Shown: positions 12,667 to 25,500 of the stretch, piece by piece
How positions within the stretch are numbered: the first letter of the stretch is position 1
Layout: each line of letters begins with the position of its first letter
Assembly: GCA_010015585.1 (NCBI GenBank)
Contig: ML975158.1
Direction: 5' to 3' (one strand)
Source of the DNA: Eremomyces bilateralis CBS 781.70
Taxonomy: Eukaryota
DNA length: 64,000 nucleotides
Made by a program: the position numbers and the translations under genes
The notes under the pieces: generated by a model
What the model saw: the letters and a program-made list of their open reading frames with translations, nothing else
Database searches by the model: none
Told to the model about the DNA's origin: nothing

Positions 12667-13566
12667 CAGGGGCAAGTGGATCATATAGATCGACGTTTGA
12701 CGCTTCAGTTGGCGGGCCGGAATCGGAGCCTCTAACAGATTGTCCCTTAGCGAGGAGTATTCCCATTTAGTCAAAGTTTTCACGTACCACTTACCAGCTG
12801 CCACGCATCTAGGCACCGCCATGGAAGTCTCTCAGTCCAGACTCTAGAGTGCCGTGAGTGCTCATGTTGCGTGCGGCCCATTGACCCGAATCTGCCGTGA
12901 CCTGACAGACGATAGTAGCAGGAGAGCAGAGAGATGCGTCACTTTTTGTGTGTGCGCGCTAAGTGCTCACTGCGACTTCACTAGATGTGATGTCGTCTTC
13001 CAGTGTCATCGGGCGATATCGCTTTATCGTCCAGCCCACTTCGTTCGCATCCGGAGAAGTTTCTGGCTTTCCCACATATACAGCATTATAGTTCATATGC
13101 ATGCACGGGTATCTGGCCACTTTGGATCTCCTCCGGGGTCATATTTACAGTGAAATGGATGAACACTAACCTCTCGGGCATGGGACTCTAAAGGACGAGA
13201 TGGTTGACAGTCTCTGATAGGTTGGCGAAACCGTGGGGTGGCAGTCTTCTCGGGCCAAGGCAACCCCCAAAAATCACCCTCCAGCGTCTAGCCACTCCAC
13301 CAGGGGTAATAAACAGTTGACAATATCACCAAATTACTGTGGCCAGAGGTTTGAAATCATACCGTTGCCCGGCCCAGATATGCTTCCAGGGACGAAAACG
13401 GGCATAATGGGGTGGCTGGGTGCACCCTGCTTGCGTCGATGATCCACCCTTGGCAAGCCATTACACCGCAGATAAGAATGACGATTTTTTTTGAAATCAA
13501 TGGTCTTGATTGTATTATTAAGAGCAACTGCTTTGTCGATTAAACATCCCAATGAGGAACAGTTTA

Positions 13567-14956
13567 CTACAATCTCGCCATCGGTCCGATGCCATCAGCA
13601 CCTTTGACAACGCCATCGTACGCCATGGGACAGAGTTGGAAGAAGCGCTCCCGGGGACAGACCATTAAAGCAGATCGCTTGTGTGGGAGGTCAACCCACT
13701 CATGCACCGCGAACCCGTTCGCAAAATCATAAGCAAGAACCGTCGCATTGGTCGCTTTTGGCTCTCCTACGACGCGCATGGTCCGGGGCTCATCCAGGAA
13801 AATGTAGTGCAGAATCGCTGCCCACCACATGGCAACCCGGTGAGGACCCCGGAAACGAACGTCTCCAACGAGAGAGTGTCGACCGCGATCGTGAGGCTGG
13901 AATTTGTGGTATGCGCCCAAGTTATCTTCCTGTATTGCCGTTAGCGTCACGCTCCATTCTCATCTAGACGTCACTTACCTGGGCCCAGTATATCTCATAA
14001 TACGCGAAAAACGTATTATCGAAACTTGCCAGGACCGCCATTTGATGCGGGTCGTTGTGTATATCAGTCAAATACTCGAGATGTTCTTCCATGGTCCCGC
14101 TTTGGTTCCACCCTTGGGCGACCCGTGGATCGTTCTGCCATCGATGGAATAGGTCGAGGTGCTCCTTGTTTGCGATGTCCAAGGCAACCATGGAAAAGTG
14201 CTCCCGCAGATGCGGGATGTATCGGCTGTATATGGTTGAACCAGGCTGCGGCTTTGCAGGCCGTCGAAGGTGTCGCGTATGGACGCGGCCTTCAGGGAAC
14301 GATGTTGTCTGCATGTAATCCAGCGGCATTGGAGGATATGTGGACAATGCCTTTTGGCCATCAAAGGGAGTTTCTGGGAGCCATACAGGACGAGCGCCGA
14401 ATGGGGACCCAGCACCTTGCCAGAAGGCGCTTCTAAGGATGATACATTCGGTAGGCAATGGCGACCATGGAGTTGCGATACTTGAGAAGACAATCGGGAG
14501 AGGGTGTTGGATGGCCAGCATAACGGTGCAGAGTTGCTCCTTCAGAGCTTCCGCGCCGGATCCCTTCAGGCTGAAGCGAAGCTGCTCCAGCTGGGGAGAC
14601 ATCTCCAAAAGGACGTAGATAGCCAGCCATGATTGCGCTAGGGTCGGTTTTTCGGAACCAACCCATTCCAACGTAGCAAGCGGACTACGACGGGCTCGTC
14701 CCCAAGCAGTATTGTCTGACTGTGGCGGGGCATCAGCCGGTCGATCGGCAGGTTGCGTTATGAAGATGGAATCGGACTCGAGCTCGTCTGGAGGCGGGAT
14801 TCCTTCTGGGAGCGAGTTCGGAGCCGGATTGGCTCTTCTAATCTGCAATACCAACTGCTCTTGCGATGATTTTGAAGACTTGTAGGCCTCGTACGTCGTC
14901 AGGTACGGATGAGGAAGACGAATGGTGAACGATTCGAAAGGAGTAGACGACGTCAT
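13567..14956 (-). CDS. sidF: N5-hydroxyornithine acyltransferase SidF (IucB/AlcB-type), PTS1-like C-terminus -ARL
   Basis: RSAFWQGAGSPFG, YSRYIPHL, HRWQNDPRVAQGW, YEIYWAQ|EDNLG..DRGRHSLVG, VGEP, DLPHKRSAL. Intron 13930-13978. Confidence 0.92.
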
Positions 14957-15249
14957 TGTGAAAACGCGACTGATATGGTTTGTTGACTGACGATTGAGGA
15001 CTTGTGAAGGCTGAAGAAGACACTTGCAGAAGACACAGGAAATTATTGAACGGTGGAAAGTTTCAAAGCTTCGCAACAGCTACACAACATGATCCATACC
15101 TCCCCGTCCTGGATCCGGACCTAAGCCGGCAAACTTAGCCATCTCACCCTTCGATTTTCACGCCTCGCGTCACATCTTCTCCGCCGTCGCTCTTAAACCT
15201 GGCTGCTGGCATGGTCTGACGACTGACCCCGTCCAGGCCGCCTCTGATG

Positions 15250-15499
15250 ATCTGATTAACTGAAAGCGTGAACCCCCGCTTCACAGACCCATCAGCGATG
15301 GGGGCACCGTAATTGAGGCATCCTGGGAAGGGTGCAGTGCAAGGGCCCATATTAGTGTCTCCAGGCGGTAAAATTTTTATCAAACTGCGGTAATTTTGGG
15401 ACCATCACGGACTCACGGTTTATGGTGAATTTGAGATGGTGGACATAGCGCAGGCGGAAGAAAAGTGGAAGGATGGACGCGTCCTGATTGATCAGATAA
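15250..15499. promoter_or_regulatory. GATA iron-repression boxes in the divergent sidF/sidI promoter
   Basis: ATCAGATAA at 15491 and ATCTGATTA at 15250. Confidence 0.7.
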
Positions 15500-15865
15500 G
15501 ATTGCAATCCTTGTGTTGTTGTGATGGATCATCACGCTAATGCAACTGCGATTGTCCCCGAATATTATCGAATCTCGCCTTTTCATGGAGACCAGTCGGC
15601 ATACTCATTCCTGAAATTTATCTTCGATTTGGTAGGGACCCGAAATCGGTGCCGAGTCTCCGCCGTGCCTGATGCTAGTACGTGTATGTGAGAACATTGG
15701 GGTTGACTAGTAGAATGATGTCAATCCTGTGTCTGGCGCTGTCTGGTCTGTGTCTAGTTCTATCGAGAATAGTTCGCATGTTTAGGTGTTGTGAGGACAT
15801 CTTTGATCGCAATGCGCTTGAGATCTATTCATTGAGTTTGGTTATGCCGTGTAAACCAATTCACC

Positions 15866-17742
15866 ATGTCTGCAGAACAGAGTCTCTACGCTCCTGGCGA
15901 GCAACCCGCCAATGACCTTTCCATCCTCCATGGGCCTTCAGACCCTCCCTTAGTCTCTTTAACGTTAAGCGGACTACTAGATCTACAGTGCTTCCGGTAT
16001 GGCGAGCGAGAATGCCTCATCGTTCCTTGGACGGGAGCTCGCTGGACGTACAGCCAGCTACGAGACGAGAGCATCAAGGTAGCGAAGCTCCTTCTCGATG
16101 TTGGTATTCGCAAAGGGGACCGAGTGGCTATCATGGCCGGTAACTGCGAACAATACGTCGCTGTTGTCTTTGCCGTCGCCAGGGTTGGGGCAGTTTTGGT
16201 TGTACTGAACAATACGTACACTGCAAATGAAGCTCTCCGGGCAATGCGACATACTGGCAAGCTCCCTTGCGCAATTGATTTTTGGGATGTATCTGCTAAC
16301 TATATGCAAGGCTGCAAATTGCTCTTCACAACATTTATGGTCGGGAAGCTTGACAATGGTCCATTGATCGCGAAGCTTTGTGAAGAGCCGCATCTCGCCC
16401 CGTCCATGGAGGAGATCATCATTCTCCGTGGAGAAACACACGGTTTCAGGGCATATGATGACGCGCTCCTAAGCGGTGAAATATTTCCTGAAAGCGTCCT
16501 CAATGGACCTGGCAACCGAGCCTTCCATCATGACGTCTCAACACTGCTATTCACAAGTGGGTCAACTGGGAATCCCAAGGCCGCGATGCTTACTCACTAG
16601 TGAGTCTCTCTTCTAATATATTATACACCATAGCTAACCAGACTCTAGCGGGGTGGTCAACAACTCCCGTTTCATTGGAGATAGGATGGCCTTGACCCCT
16701 GACGATGTCCTTTGCTGCGCTCCTCCCCTATTTCATTGCTTTGGCTTGGTCCTAGGTCTCCTAGCGGTGATAACACACGGATCGAAGATCGTCCTACCCG
16801 CCGAGATGTTCGACCCTCTAGCAACCCTTCGGTCCGTATTCACTGAGAAGTGTACCGCACTTCATGGTGTCCCAGCAATGTTCGACTCCATATTCACTTT
16901 ACCTCGAGGCAATCTGCCAAAGTCACGTCTTCGTACTGGCATTATTGCCGGTTCACCTGTCCCAAGGCACCTTATGGAGCTTATGTTCAGAGATTTTGGA
17001 ATGACGGAATTTACAAGCAGCTACGGTACGGGTTCTAGGGTCCATTCTATCCCCTCTCGATTTTGACCGGATTATAGGACTTACAGAAGCCTCGCCAACG
17101 TGTTTTAATGCATTTACCAGTGACACGATCGATCGGAAACTGAATACCGTTGGAAAGTTAATGCCTCATGCCCATGCCAAAATTGTCGACGTCAATGGAA
17201 AAATTGTTTCTATTGGCACAAAGGGAGAATTGTGCATTGCGGGATATCAGTTACAGGCTGGCTATTGGAAGGATGTTGATAAAACGGCCGAATGTATGAA
17301 GATTGACGAGAACGGTGTGTTGTGGCTTCATACCGGCGATGAAGCCGTCTTCGATCGCGAGGGCTACTGTTCTATCACCGGGCGATTCAAAGATCTCATC
17401 ATTCGAGGTGGTGAGAACATCTATCCCTTGGAAATCGAAAACCGACTAGTGGAACACCCTTCGATTGAGCGAGCTATCGTCGTCGGTGTCAAACATCCAA
17501 GGTTAGGGGAAGTGGTCGGAACGTTTCTCCAGTCCTCGCCAAGACAGAAGCCTATCAGCCAAAGAGAAGTCAGAGAGTGGACATCTGCTACACTGGGCAA
17601 ACATAAGGCGCCGGCCCATGTGTTCTGGCTTGGAAGAGACGGTATTCCTAATTCAGTTCCGCTGACTGGCAGTGGGAAGATCAAGAAGTATGAGCTTCAA
17701 GCACTTGCAGAGCAGATGTTACACGGTGCGCCGAGGCTCTAG
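15866..17742 (+). CDS. sidI: Acyl-CoA ligase SidI (mevalonyl-CoA ligase-type), C-terminus -PRL
   Basis: FTSGSTGNPKAAMLTH, PPLFHCFG, YG|LTE, WLHTGD, KDLIIRGGENIYP, TGSGKIKK. Introns 16257-16310 (GC-AG), 16600-16648, 17026-17077. Divergent from sidF. Confidence 0.85.
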
Positions 17743-17860
17743 AAATGGGCGTTTCTGGAAAATGAGGGGATGTGTCGAATCTACAGCGTTTGATTTTATA
17801 TAGGTCTCATTATCATCAATAGATTTCCAAAAATGAACTTGGTTAGCTTAATGCATTACA

Positions 17861-19301
17861 TCACACCTCCAACTTTGCGGAGCTTCCAACACCCTCCGAC
17901 TCGCCCTGCGGCCATGAACTATCTTCAAACGGTGTCACTCCCATGTGCCTCCATGTCCCGTCGCACATGAGGGCGGGGTCCGTCTCTTTCCCGGGGAAGA
18001 CCAGTTCCGTTTTTCCGTCACCAAAGTGGGTGACAGAGTTTTCCTAATAAGATCAGTATCGTCTCATTGCTTCTCGTTTTATGGCGACTACTTACTAGTC
18101 CTAATGTGAGCTTGATGACGGCTTCACCCCACCAGGGCTTGTAGTGGTGGGATGGCTTCTTTCCCCAGGTGACCCGAGTGATGTTGTCTGCAGCTATCTG
18201 TCCCTGGCGCATCGCAGATCGAGCATTTGGGTTGCGTGTACCAGTGTCCGCAACATCGCCGATAATGTATACGTTGGGAAGCGAGTCATCAGCAATCTGT
18301 AACGTCGGCTTCACGCGGATATGGCCCGACTCGGAAATTGATCCTGGAGCAAGGTCGGAAAGGAGCTGTGACGATGGTTTCTGCCCAGTGCAGTGTATCT
18401 AACCGATCAGTCGGCAATTGGAAGAAATGTTCGACATGGGAGAACATACCACGGCATCGCATTCTAGGACTTTGCCCGATTTCAATAATACTGTACCAGA
18501 TTCCACATCTTCTGATACCATTCTTTCGCTGAGGTGAACTTCGACACCTAATCTTTCCAGCCCTTCCAGAGCGGCCGCCTGGAGCTCCGAACCAAAGCGC
18601 TGCATGACTGTCGGGCGAGAGTGGACCAGTGCCACATGTTTCTCCGGGTATAGCGATTTGGCATCTGTGGCCAACTCGACACCTGCCGCGCCTCCGCCGA
18701 CAATCAAAGGTCTCTTCGACTCCTTGATGCGCATCTGCATTTTCCTGCACCGCTCGACCCCCTCCGGCTTGCCTGGAGCGCCCACCCGCGAGGGTAATGA
18801 GTCCTCCGCACCCGAGCCAGTTGCGATGATCAGAAATGCGTATGGGATTTCTTCGGTACTACTCTGCAGTCGAATGCTTTCTTTGCTTACACTGACCACG
18901 CGGTCCTGGATCCATCGAACCATGCTCTTGGGCGCCGGCTTGAGGTACGGCCCATAAGGGATGAATGCCTTGTGTTCGTGCCCTTCAACGACGCAGAACC
19001 GTGGAAGAACCCAGGTGAACTGAAAATGGCTGTTCGGTTCCACCACCACTACCTGATACGGGCTGTTCGGGGGAAGGGAGTTGGTCAGCAACTTTGCAGC
19101 ATGATAACCAGAGAACGACGCCCCGATCACAACGATATTCTGTAGCTCTTTCGGCGACTCGGGAGAGGTGACTCTGGACTTTGCTCGCCGGCCATGCACT
19201 GAAGCAGCGATTGATTGGGTTAGGACATCGAAGTAGAGCTGAACGCTATAGATGACGATCTTGGCGAATAGGATCGACTTTGCAATCTTTTTGAAAACCA
19301 T
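17861..19301 (-). CDS. AIF/AMID-like FAD/NAD(P)-dependent oxidoreductase (Pyr_redox_2) within the siderophore cluster
   Basis: VVIGASFSG, LIIATGS, IVGGGAAGVELA, CTG, IGDVAD. Introns at ~18399-18449 and ~18044-18094; last exon ends SAKLEV*. Confidence 0.85.
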
Positions 19302-19457
19302 CGGGAATTAATAGGTGCCCTCCTTGTCATTCCAAGGAGACTAAAATTTAAGGAATAAAAGAATACTGCCCATCAGTGGATTGAGTAAAAGATGGCGGTT
19401 GTCAAGAGCACCCAAAACCGGCAGACAGGATGAAGGCATAAGGAAATGTATCGGACG

Positions 19458-19466
19458 ATCTGATAA
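19458..19466. promoter_or_regulatory. SreA-type box ~160 bp upstream of the oxidoreductase start
   Basis: ATCTGATAA. Confidence 0.7.
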
Positions 19467-20007
19467 CGAGAAAAACACTAGTTGCTACTACTGTTGAGAA
19501 ACACACACAAGTAAGGACGAGCCGAAGCGACCGTTTGGATGAGGTCCGGGCCATATTTTACATGCATAACCAAGGCTTAGGAAAACGACGGCGTCACCGG
19601 CTACTGTAGTCTTTTGCGCCGGGATAGCGAGATCGGAGTCCTGTCCATCCTGGTCCTCAGGCATTCCATGGACAATTGAAATTTGTATCCATGTCGATTG
19701 TCGAACGATGGTAGAGTAGCCAAGAAAAGGAATCGACAAATACCTGCGGCATTACAGCGCTTAAGATGAAGTAGAGTAGGAAGTAGAATTGTCAACTCTT
19801 TGGGATGGCTTCAGAGCTCAGTTCAACCCCTGAAAGTGCCCCACCTCAGCATATGGCGTTCTCTCACAACATCTATGCATTATCGCTCACAAATAGTGTC
19901 CAGCAACATACACGCCTAGCATTTAGCTATGCCCCTCATAGCATTGAAAATCTAACTATTCCACCTAATTACAGATTAACAGCCTAGTTGTAAGAATCCG
20001 GACCCAA

Positions 20008-23000
20008 TCATCGCAGCATTTGCCTCTCTGCATTCACCCTGTAGCTCTCACTGGTTGCCATCAATTCCTCATGGTTCCCCGTTTGTACAACCTTCCCTTC
20101 CTCCAAAACCAGGATGACATCGGCCGCCTGCACAGTCCGTAGTCGATGCGTGATCGCCACGACGGTAATCCCCTTTGCCGCCTGATCCAATCCATCCTGG
20201 ACCGCTGCTTCGCTCTCCGCATCCAATGCATTCGTGCTTTCGTCCAACAACAGTAATCTCGGCTTGCGAACCAACGCTCTCGCGATTGCCACCCGCTGTC
20301 GCTGGCCACCCGATAAACGGGATCCGTTCGGCCCGATCTCCGTGTCATAGCCGTCGGGAAGAGCTGCGATCGTCTCATGTATGTTGGCTAGACGACAGGC
20401 GGCTTCAATCTCTGCGTCGGTCGCTTCATGTCCGCGACGAGCGCCAAGGGCGACGTTGAAACGAATGGTGCCGTCGAAAAGTGCAGTATCTTGAGGCACG
20501 ACAGCAATGTCGTCGCGGAGAGCAGCAGCATCTGGGCGAGAGAGATCGAGACCGTCGATGGTGACAGAGCCGGATGGCGGATTGTACAAACCTTGAATGA
20601 GGCGCATGATCGTAGACTTTCCGGCCCCAGAAGGGCCGACGAGGCCACAGAACTGTCCCGGCCGAATGGTAAATGACATACCTTGGAGGATTGAAACATT
20701 TGCTGCTGAGGGATAGGAGAACGAGACATCGTTGAATTCGATGTTCACACCTCGACTCAACGGAAGCGGCTGTGACTTGGCTTCCCCGACGGCCTCGATA
20801 TCCTTCTCTGTTGCTGGAGTGGGTGAATCCCCGTCGAGTTGTGGGGGATTGGAACCTTTATCTGATCCAAGATTGATGAGGTTCAGAATGCGAGACGCCG
20901 ATGCGTGTGCTCGGGAAACCTCTGGGGCTAATGAGAACATCTGGCCCCAAAGCTGGGCGCTAACAAGCATAGCGACGAGAACAATGAAAAACTGCGTTTG
21001 GTCATACCGGCCCTCCATGATCTGCTTGGAGCCCCACCAGTATGCGAATGCGTAGATAAGGAATCCCGTGCTGTTGGCGAGAGCAAGCCAAAAGTTGGTG
21101 AAGACACTGGCAAGACCGAGCTCTTTCCTTGGAGCATGTAATGCTCGACGATATGTTCCCAGTACTTCATCTTCGAGGGACAGTGTTGCAATGGTTTTGA
21201 TTGAGTTTACCGCTTCAAAGGTGATGGCGTTTGCTTTGGAGTAGGCATTCGCATGTCGTGTCTCGAACCTGGAGAATGACCACAGTTGCATGATACCGGA
21301 CCCTAGAAGCACTGGGACCGTAACAAGGCAAACAATTGCAATCTTCCATGCAACGATGTGCGAGAGAATTATTGCCACAAGCATGTTAATGACCACGGCA
21401 AAGATCGTTCCAATGATCGAGCCGGTAAGGCCACCGACAGCAGCGCTGTCTTTTGTGATGATTGAAAGCAACGACGAAGGGTTGCGATCATGAGAATGGT
21501 GCCATTCGAAGGACTGTTGGAATAGCGAGCGGAACGAGAGTACTCGGATTTTGTACAACAGTCGTTCAGCCACCACTCCGAACGACGACCAGCTTGTGCA
21601 GTTCGCAAGGAACTCTACACAGGCAAGCATGAAGAGCAAACCGCCGAAGAATAGACCACTGGATATAATGCGCTCTGCTGTGTTGAGACAAGGATTCAGA
21701 GCACCGACGGTATGACCAAAGATCAATCCCGCAGCGGAAAACATGCATCCAACGAAGATGGCTGCAAACATGGCCAGGAGCAGCCAAAACGTGTTGGGTC
21801 GAACGAACGGGAACATTCCTTTGATGACGATCCAAGCGGAATGTTTAGTGTCGATATCTTCCTCAGGTTCCTGGGAGTTCGTTTCGCCCACGGTATCGGC
21901 GGCTCCTGCATCTTGCGCGCTGAGAGAATCCTTCACCGGATGTTCGACCGATTTGATCTTACCCAGTTTCTCTGTAGTGATATCCGAGGATACGTTGATG
22001 CTGTCCGGTCTCGACAAATCGGAATCAGTAGCCTGTTGGCCCGGACCGATGGCCTGGAGACGAGCCATTTCGGCAAAGGCGCCATTTGCAGATACCAGGC
22101 CGGTATAAGTGCCTTGCTCCACGATTTCGCCTTTCCGTAAGACGATAATATTGTCGGCATTCTTGACCGTTGAGAGACGGTGAGCAATGGATACTACGGT
22201 CCTTCCTTTTGCAATGCGGTCAATGGCCATCTGGATACGCTGCTCACTTGCGGAGTCCAAGGACGACGTGGCTTCGTCAAGGATCAGCAGCTTTGGATCT
22301 CGAATGATCGCGCGAGCTAGGGCAATCCGCTGCCGCTGACCTCCACTAACCAGCTTGCCGCTGGATCCGACCATTGTGCAGAATCCATGGTCCAGGCGTC
22401 CGATGAAATCAGTAGCATCGGCCAGATCGGACGCTTCGCGCACTAGTTCGATGATTCGTGCTAGATCTGCGTTTTGCGGAGTCGAGGCGGTCAAGAGTTT
22501 ATCCCCCTTGGCGGCAAATTCGGTCAGTTCGGGCCCATGGAGAAGTTCCTTTAGCTTCTGATGCTGTGGTTGCGGGGAGCTGACAAGGCCAAGGGCAATA
22601 TTCTCAAAGATGGACCGATCCAGGAGCAATGGTTCCTGCGGAACAAGGCTGATAGAGCCTCTTAAACTCCGTAGGTTTAGCTCACGCACGTCGCTCCCAT
22701 CGAACAGGATGGACCCATTGGATGGGTCGTAAAGACGAGCGATCAATGCTGCAATCGTGGACTTGCCACTGCCAGAGATTCCAACCAGGGCGGTATGTTG
22801 TCCAGCCGGGATGCTTAGGTCGATGTCCTTAAGGACGGGGTCGTCTGGTCTTGACGAGTAGACGAAGGATACGTTTCGGAACTCGATTGCTCCAGGGGTG
22901 TCGTGCGCCAGTTCGCGGCCGGTATCGTTCGTGCCATCAATTTCTGGGGTCTGGGCAATATCGGCGCGCAGTCTCTGAAAGGCGGAAGCTGCGGTCCCAA

Positions 23001-24182
23001 AAAGGGGTAGGAGTGGTGCGATGGCGCCGAGCATCACGCACGCGTCAACCAGCAAGAAGACCACGGTGTAGACCTCGCCGACCGTAGATCCTCCCTCGCC
23101 ACGAACTGCAGCAGCGACAAGCCTGCTTCCTTGCCAAAATGCAAGGGCATTGGCGGAGTATGCGATGAAGAAGAGCAACCCGGCTTGGACACCAGAGGTG
23201 ATCGCCTTTTTGATTCCCGCTTTTCTGGCTTTCTCCATGTGGCCACTGAACTTTGACTCCAGCCTGGGGGCAGCGTCGAACGCCTGCACGACCGCTACGT
23301 GCGTCAGAGCTTCGGAAGCGATGGACGCCGCCGATGCGGTGGCATTTGATATGCGCAACGAGAACTTCTGCACGAAGCTGCCTCCAACCGCGCCCATTAA
23401 CAGGAACGCCGGAACCAGAGAAACCAACATGCCTGCGAGTTTCGCTTCTTTCATGAAAGCAACAATGTATGCCGTGAGGAAGAAGGAGATACTGGCGATG
23501 AAGATTCCCACTTTCTCCGAGGTTCCGGACTGCACGGCTTGGATGTCTCCATTCAGCTTCGACGCAACCTCACCGGCGCTCCGGCGGTCAAAGAACGCAG
23601 CATCCTGTCTGAGAAGGCATCGGAAATACTGCTCGCTTAGCCTTTGGCCTAACCGTTGGCTCAAAAGGTTCCAGCAGAGTACATATATATAGATAAGCGC
23701 AAATGCCGCAATGGCGATGTACACCAGCAGAACAACTTTATCCTGGATTTGCGATGTATACGACGACCCGGAACCGGTTGCGGTGGCCTCGCAGGACGCT
23801 AAATTGATGTCATCGACCAATTGACCAAAGAGGATTCCCATCAAAGGGAAAGGCACACCGGCGGCGGCGGCAGCAATAGTACCAACGACTAGAAGGACGA
23901 TATCGAGCCATGAGGGGTTTGCCGTGACGAGGAGACTAAGGAATGCAAACAGCGCATTCTGAACCTGGAGCCGTGTTAGAGCAAGGCTCGAGAAGCTCGT
24001 GGTTATGATTCTTAGGAGGGGTTCCTGGAAATGGGGATGTGAAGACGATTGGGAGCATGCCATTCTCGTACCTTAGGCTTGGCGTTTGGAACCGAACTCT
24101 CTTTCGTCTCTTGAACCGTTGTGACTGCTGTAGCAGGTGCTGAATCAACAGATTTCTCTGTTTCCACCTTGGACTCAGCCAT
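20008..24182 (-). CDS. ABCB/MDR full transporter, likely siderophore exporter (SitT/ABC6-like)
   Basis: Two TMD-NBD halves: GISGSGKS/VSGGQRQR/ILDEATSSLD and GPSGAGKS/LSGGQRQR/LLDESTNALD. Start MAESKV at 24182; intron 23965-24071. Confidence 0.9.
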
Positions 24183-24441
24183 TATGGTTCGACAGCAACT
24201 CACTTGACATCGACCTTCCTTGACCAGGACTGGATGACAACTTGTAGGTCAGTTCTTCTGATGTTGAAATTGAACTGCTGGTGTCATGTCGCAGAAACAT
24301 GTGCCACGGGTAGCGTGGGATCCAACACCCCCGCTAAAATCGTCAACGGCGTCATTTTTCACAATACACGCTATGGAGTAAATCGGTGTAATCTCTGTAC
24401 AATTCCCTCTGCCGATGCCGGACCATGAGCGACAGATCCGG

Positions 24442-24836
24442 ATCAGATAATTCCGATCAGATAAAATTTTCACTAGGCCAAGAAGTGTTCGAACCGGGGT
24501 CTTGGCCACGATAGAGACTGAATGACTGCTGAACTGACGCAATCATCTTCCGTCTCCACCCTCCATGGGAAAGTCAAAGGCGCCGAGAAATTTTCAAGGA
24601 CCAGGATATTTCAAGGACCAGGATGGTGTCACAGTGCGGATCTAGTGAAGAAAAGAATATGGAGGAGCGGGTCGATGGAGCAAATACGAATTACGAAGCA
24701 GGGAGGAGGAGGTTGAGGTGACATGGGTGTACATGGATCAAGGATATAGCCGGGGCGTTTTCAGGGGTATGGCCAGGGGTAATTTCCGACACTAATCAGG
24801 GTTTGTGCATGGGGCAGCGGATCTGATAACTTTAAT
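24442..24836. promoter_or_regulatory. SreA-type boxes in the divergent ABC/GNAT promoter
   Basis: ATCAGATAA at 24442 and 24456; ATCTGATAA at 24821. Confidence 0.78.
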
Positions 24837-25500
24837 GTATTTTCTTGGCTTGCTAGGGAATAACGGAAAAGAAACTTCAGGATTCCCGCTCCACCGACCA
24901 CCGATTATTATTATTATCGCAGGTCACTAATCCCCCGTCTATTCTCTCTTGTAGTCTTGTCCCGCCCTCCAGGCACATTCAAGCCATAGATCCTAGCTAT
25001 ACGGTCTACCGAATACGCCAGCTCTGAGGAGTACCAAGAACTTGATCCTTCACCAATGTAGCCCAGAATGTGGACCCTGCATTTGTTAGACATTTTGCCG
25101 ACACCTACCGTAACTTAGTCGCTTCGCATGTTGTCCTCTATGGACTCATTGTTATTAGATGCTTCATTGAAAAAGCCACAATCAAGAACTATCGCCTGAT
25201 CTCTGGTCTGGACTCTGATCTATCTTATCTCTGCTAGGAAGCTTGCCATCATTCTCGGATACATTCGATTTGGTTTCTTAGCGTGGGATAAATCGCGCCA
25301 TTACACTGCGACTCCGGCGTCAAACTCATCAAAGTTGGAGCTTCAGCGTTTTTCCAAGTTATTTTAAACCTTCCTTCGCTCCAGTTTGGTTACGTGCTCC
25401 TAGGTCTCTTCCTTCTCAGTGTCGATCTTTCCTCTCTACTTGTGCCCCTAATCCAATCCACAGTTTCACTTAGCTAAACAATTGCTACTCCCCTTCCACG

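Noticed and set aside
16591..16600. Premature stop after AAMLTH suggesting a sidI pseudogene
   Set aside because: The TAG overlaps a GTGAGT donor; intron 16600-16648 restores the frame.
17861..17878. AKL near the oxidoreductase C-terminus as a PTS1
   Set aside because: It is followed by EV before the stop, so it is not terminal.
20175..23692. Plus-strand ORFs within the ABC transporter
   Set aside because: Antisense shadow frames.
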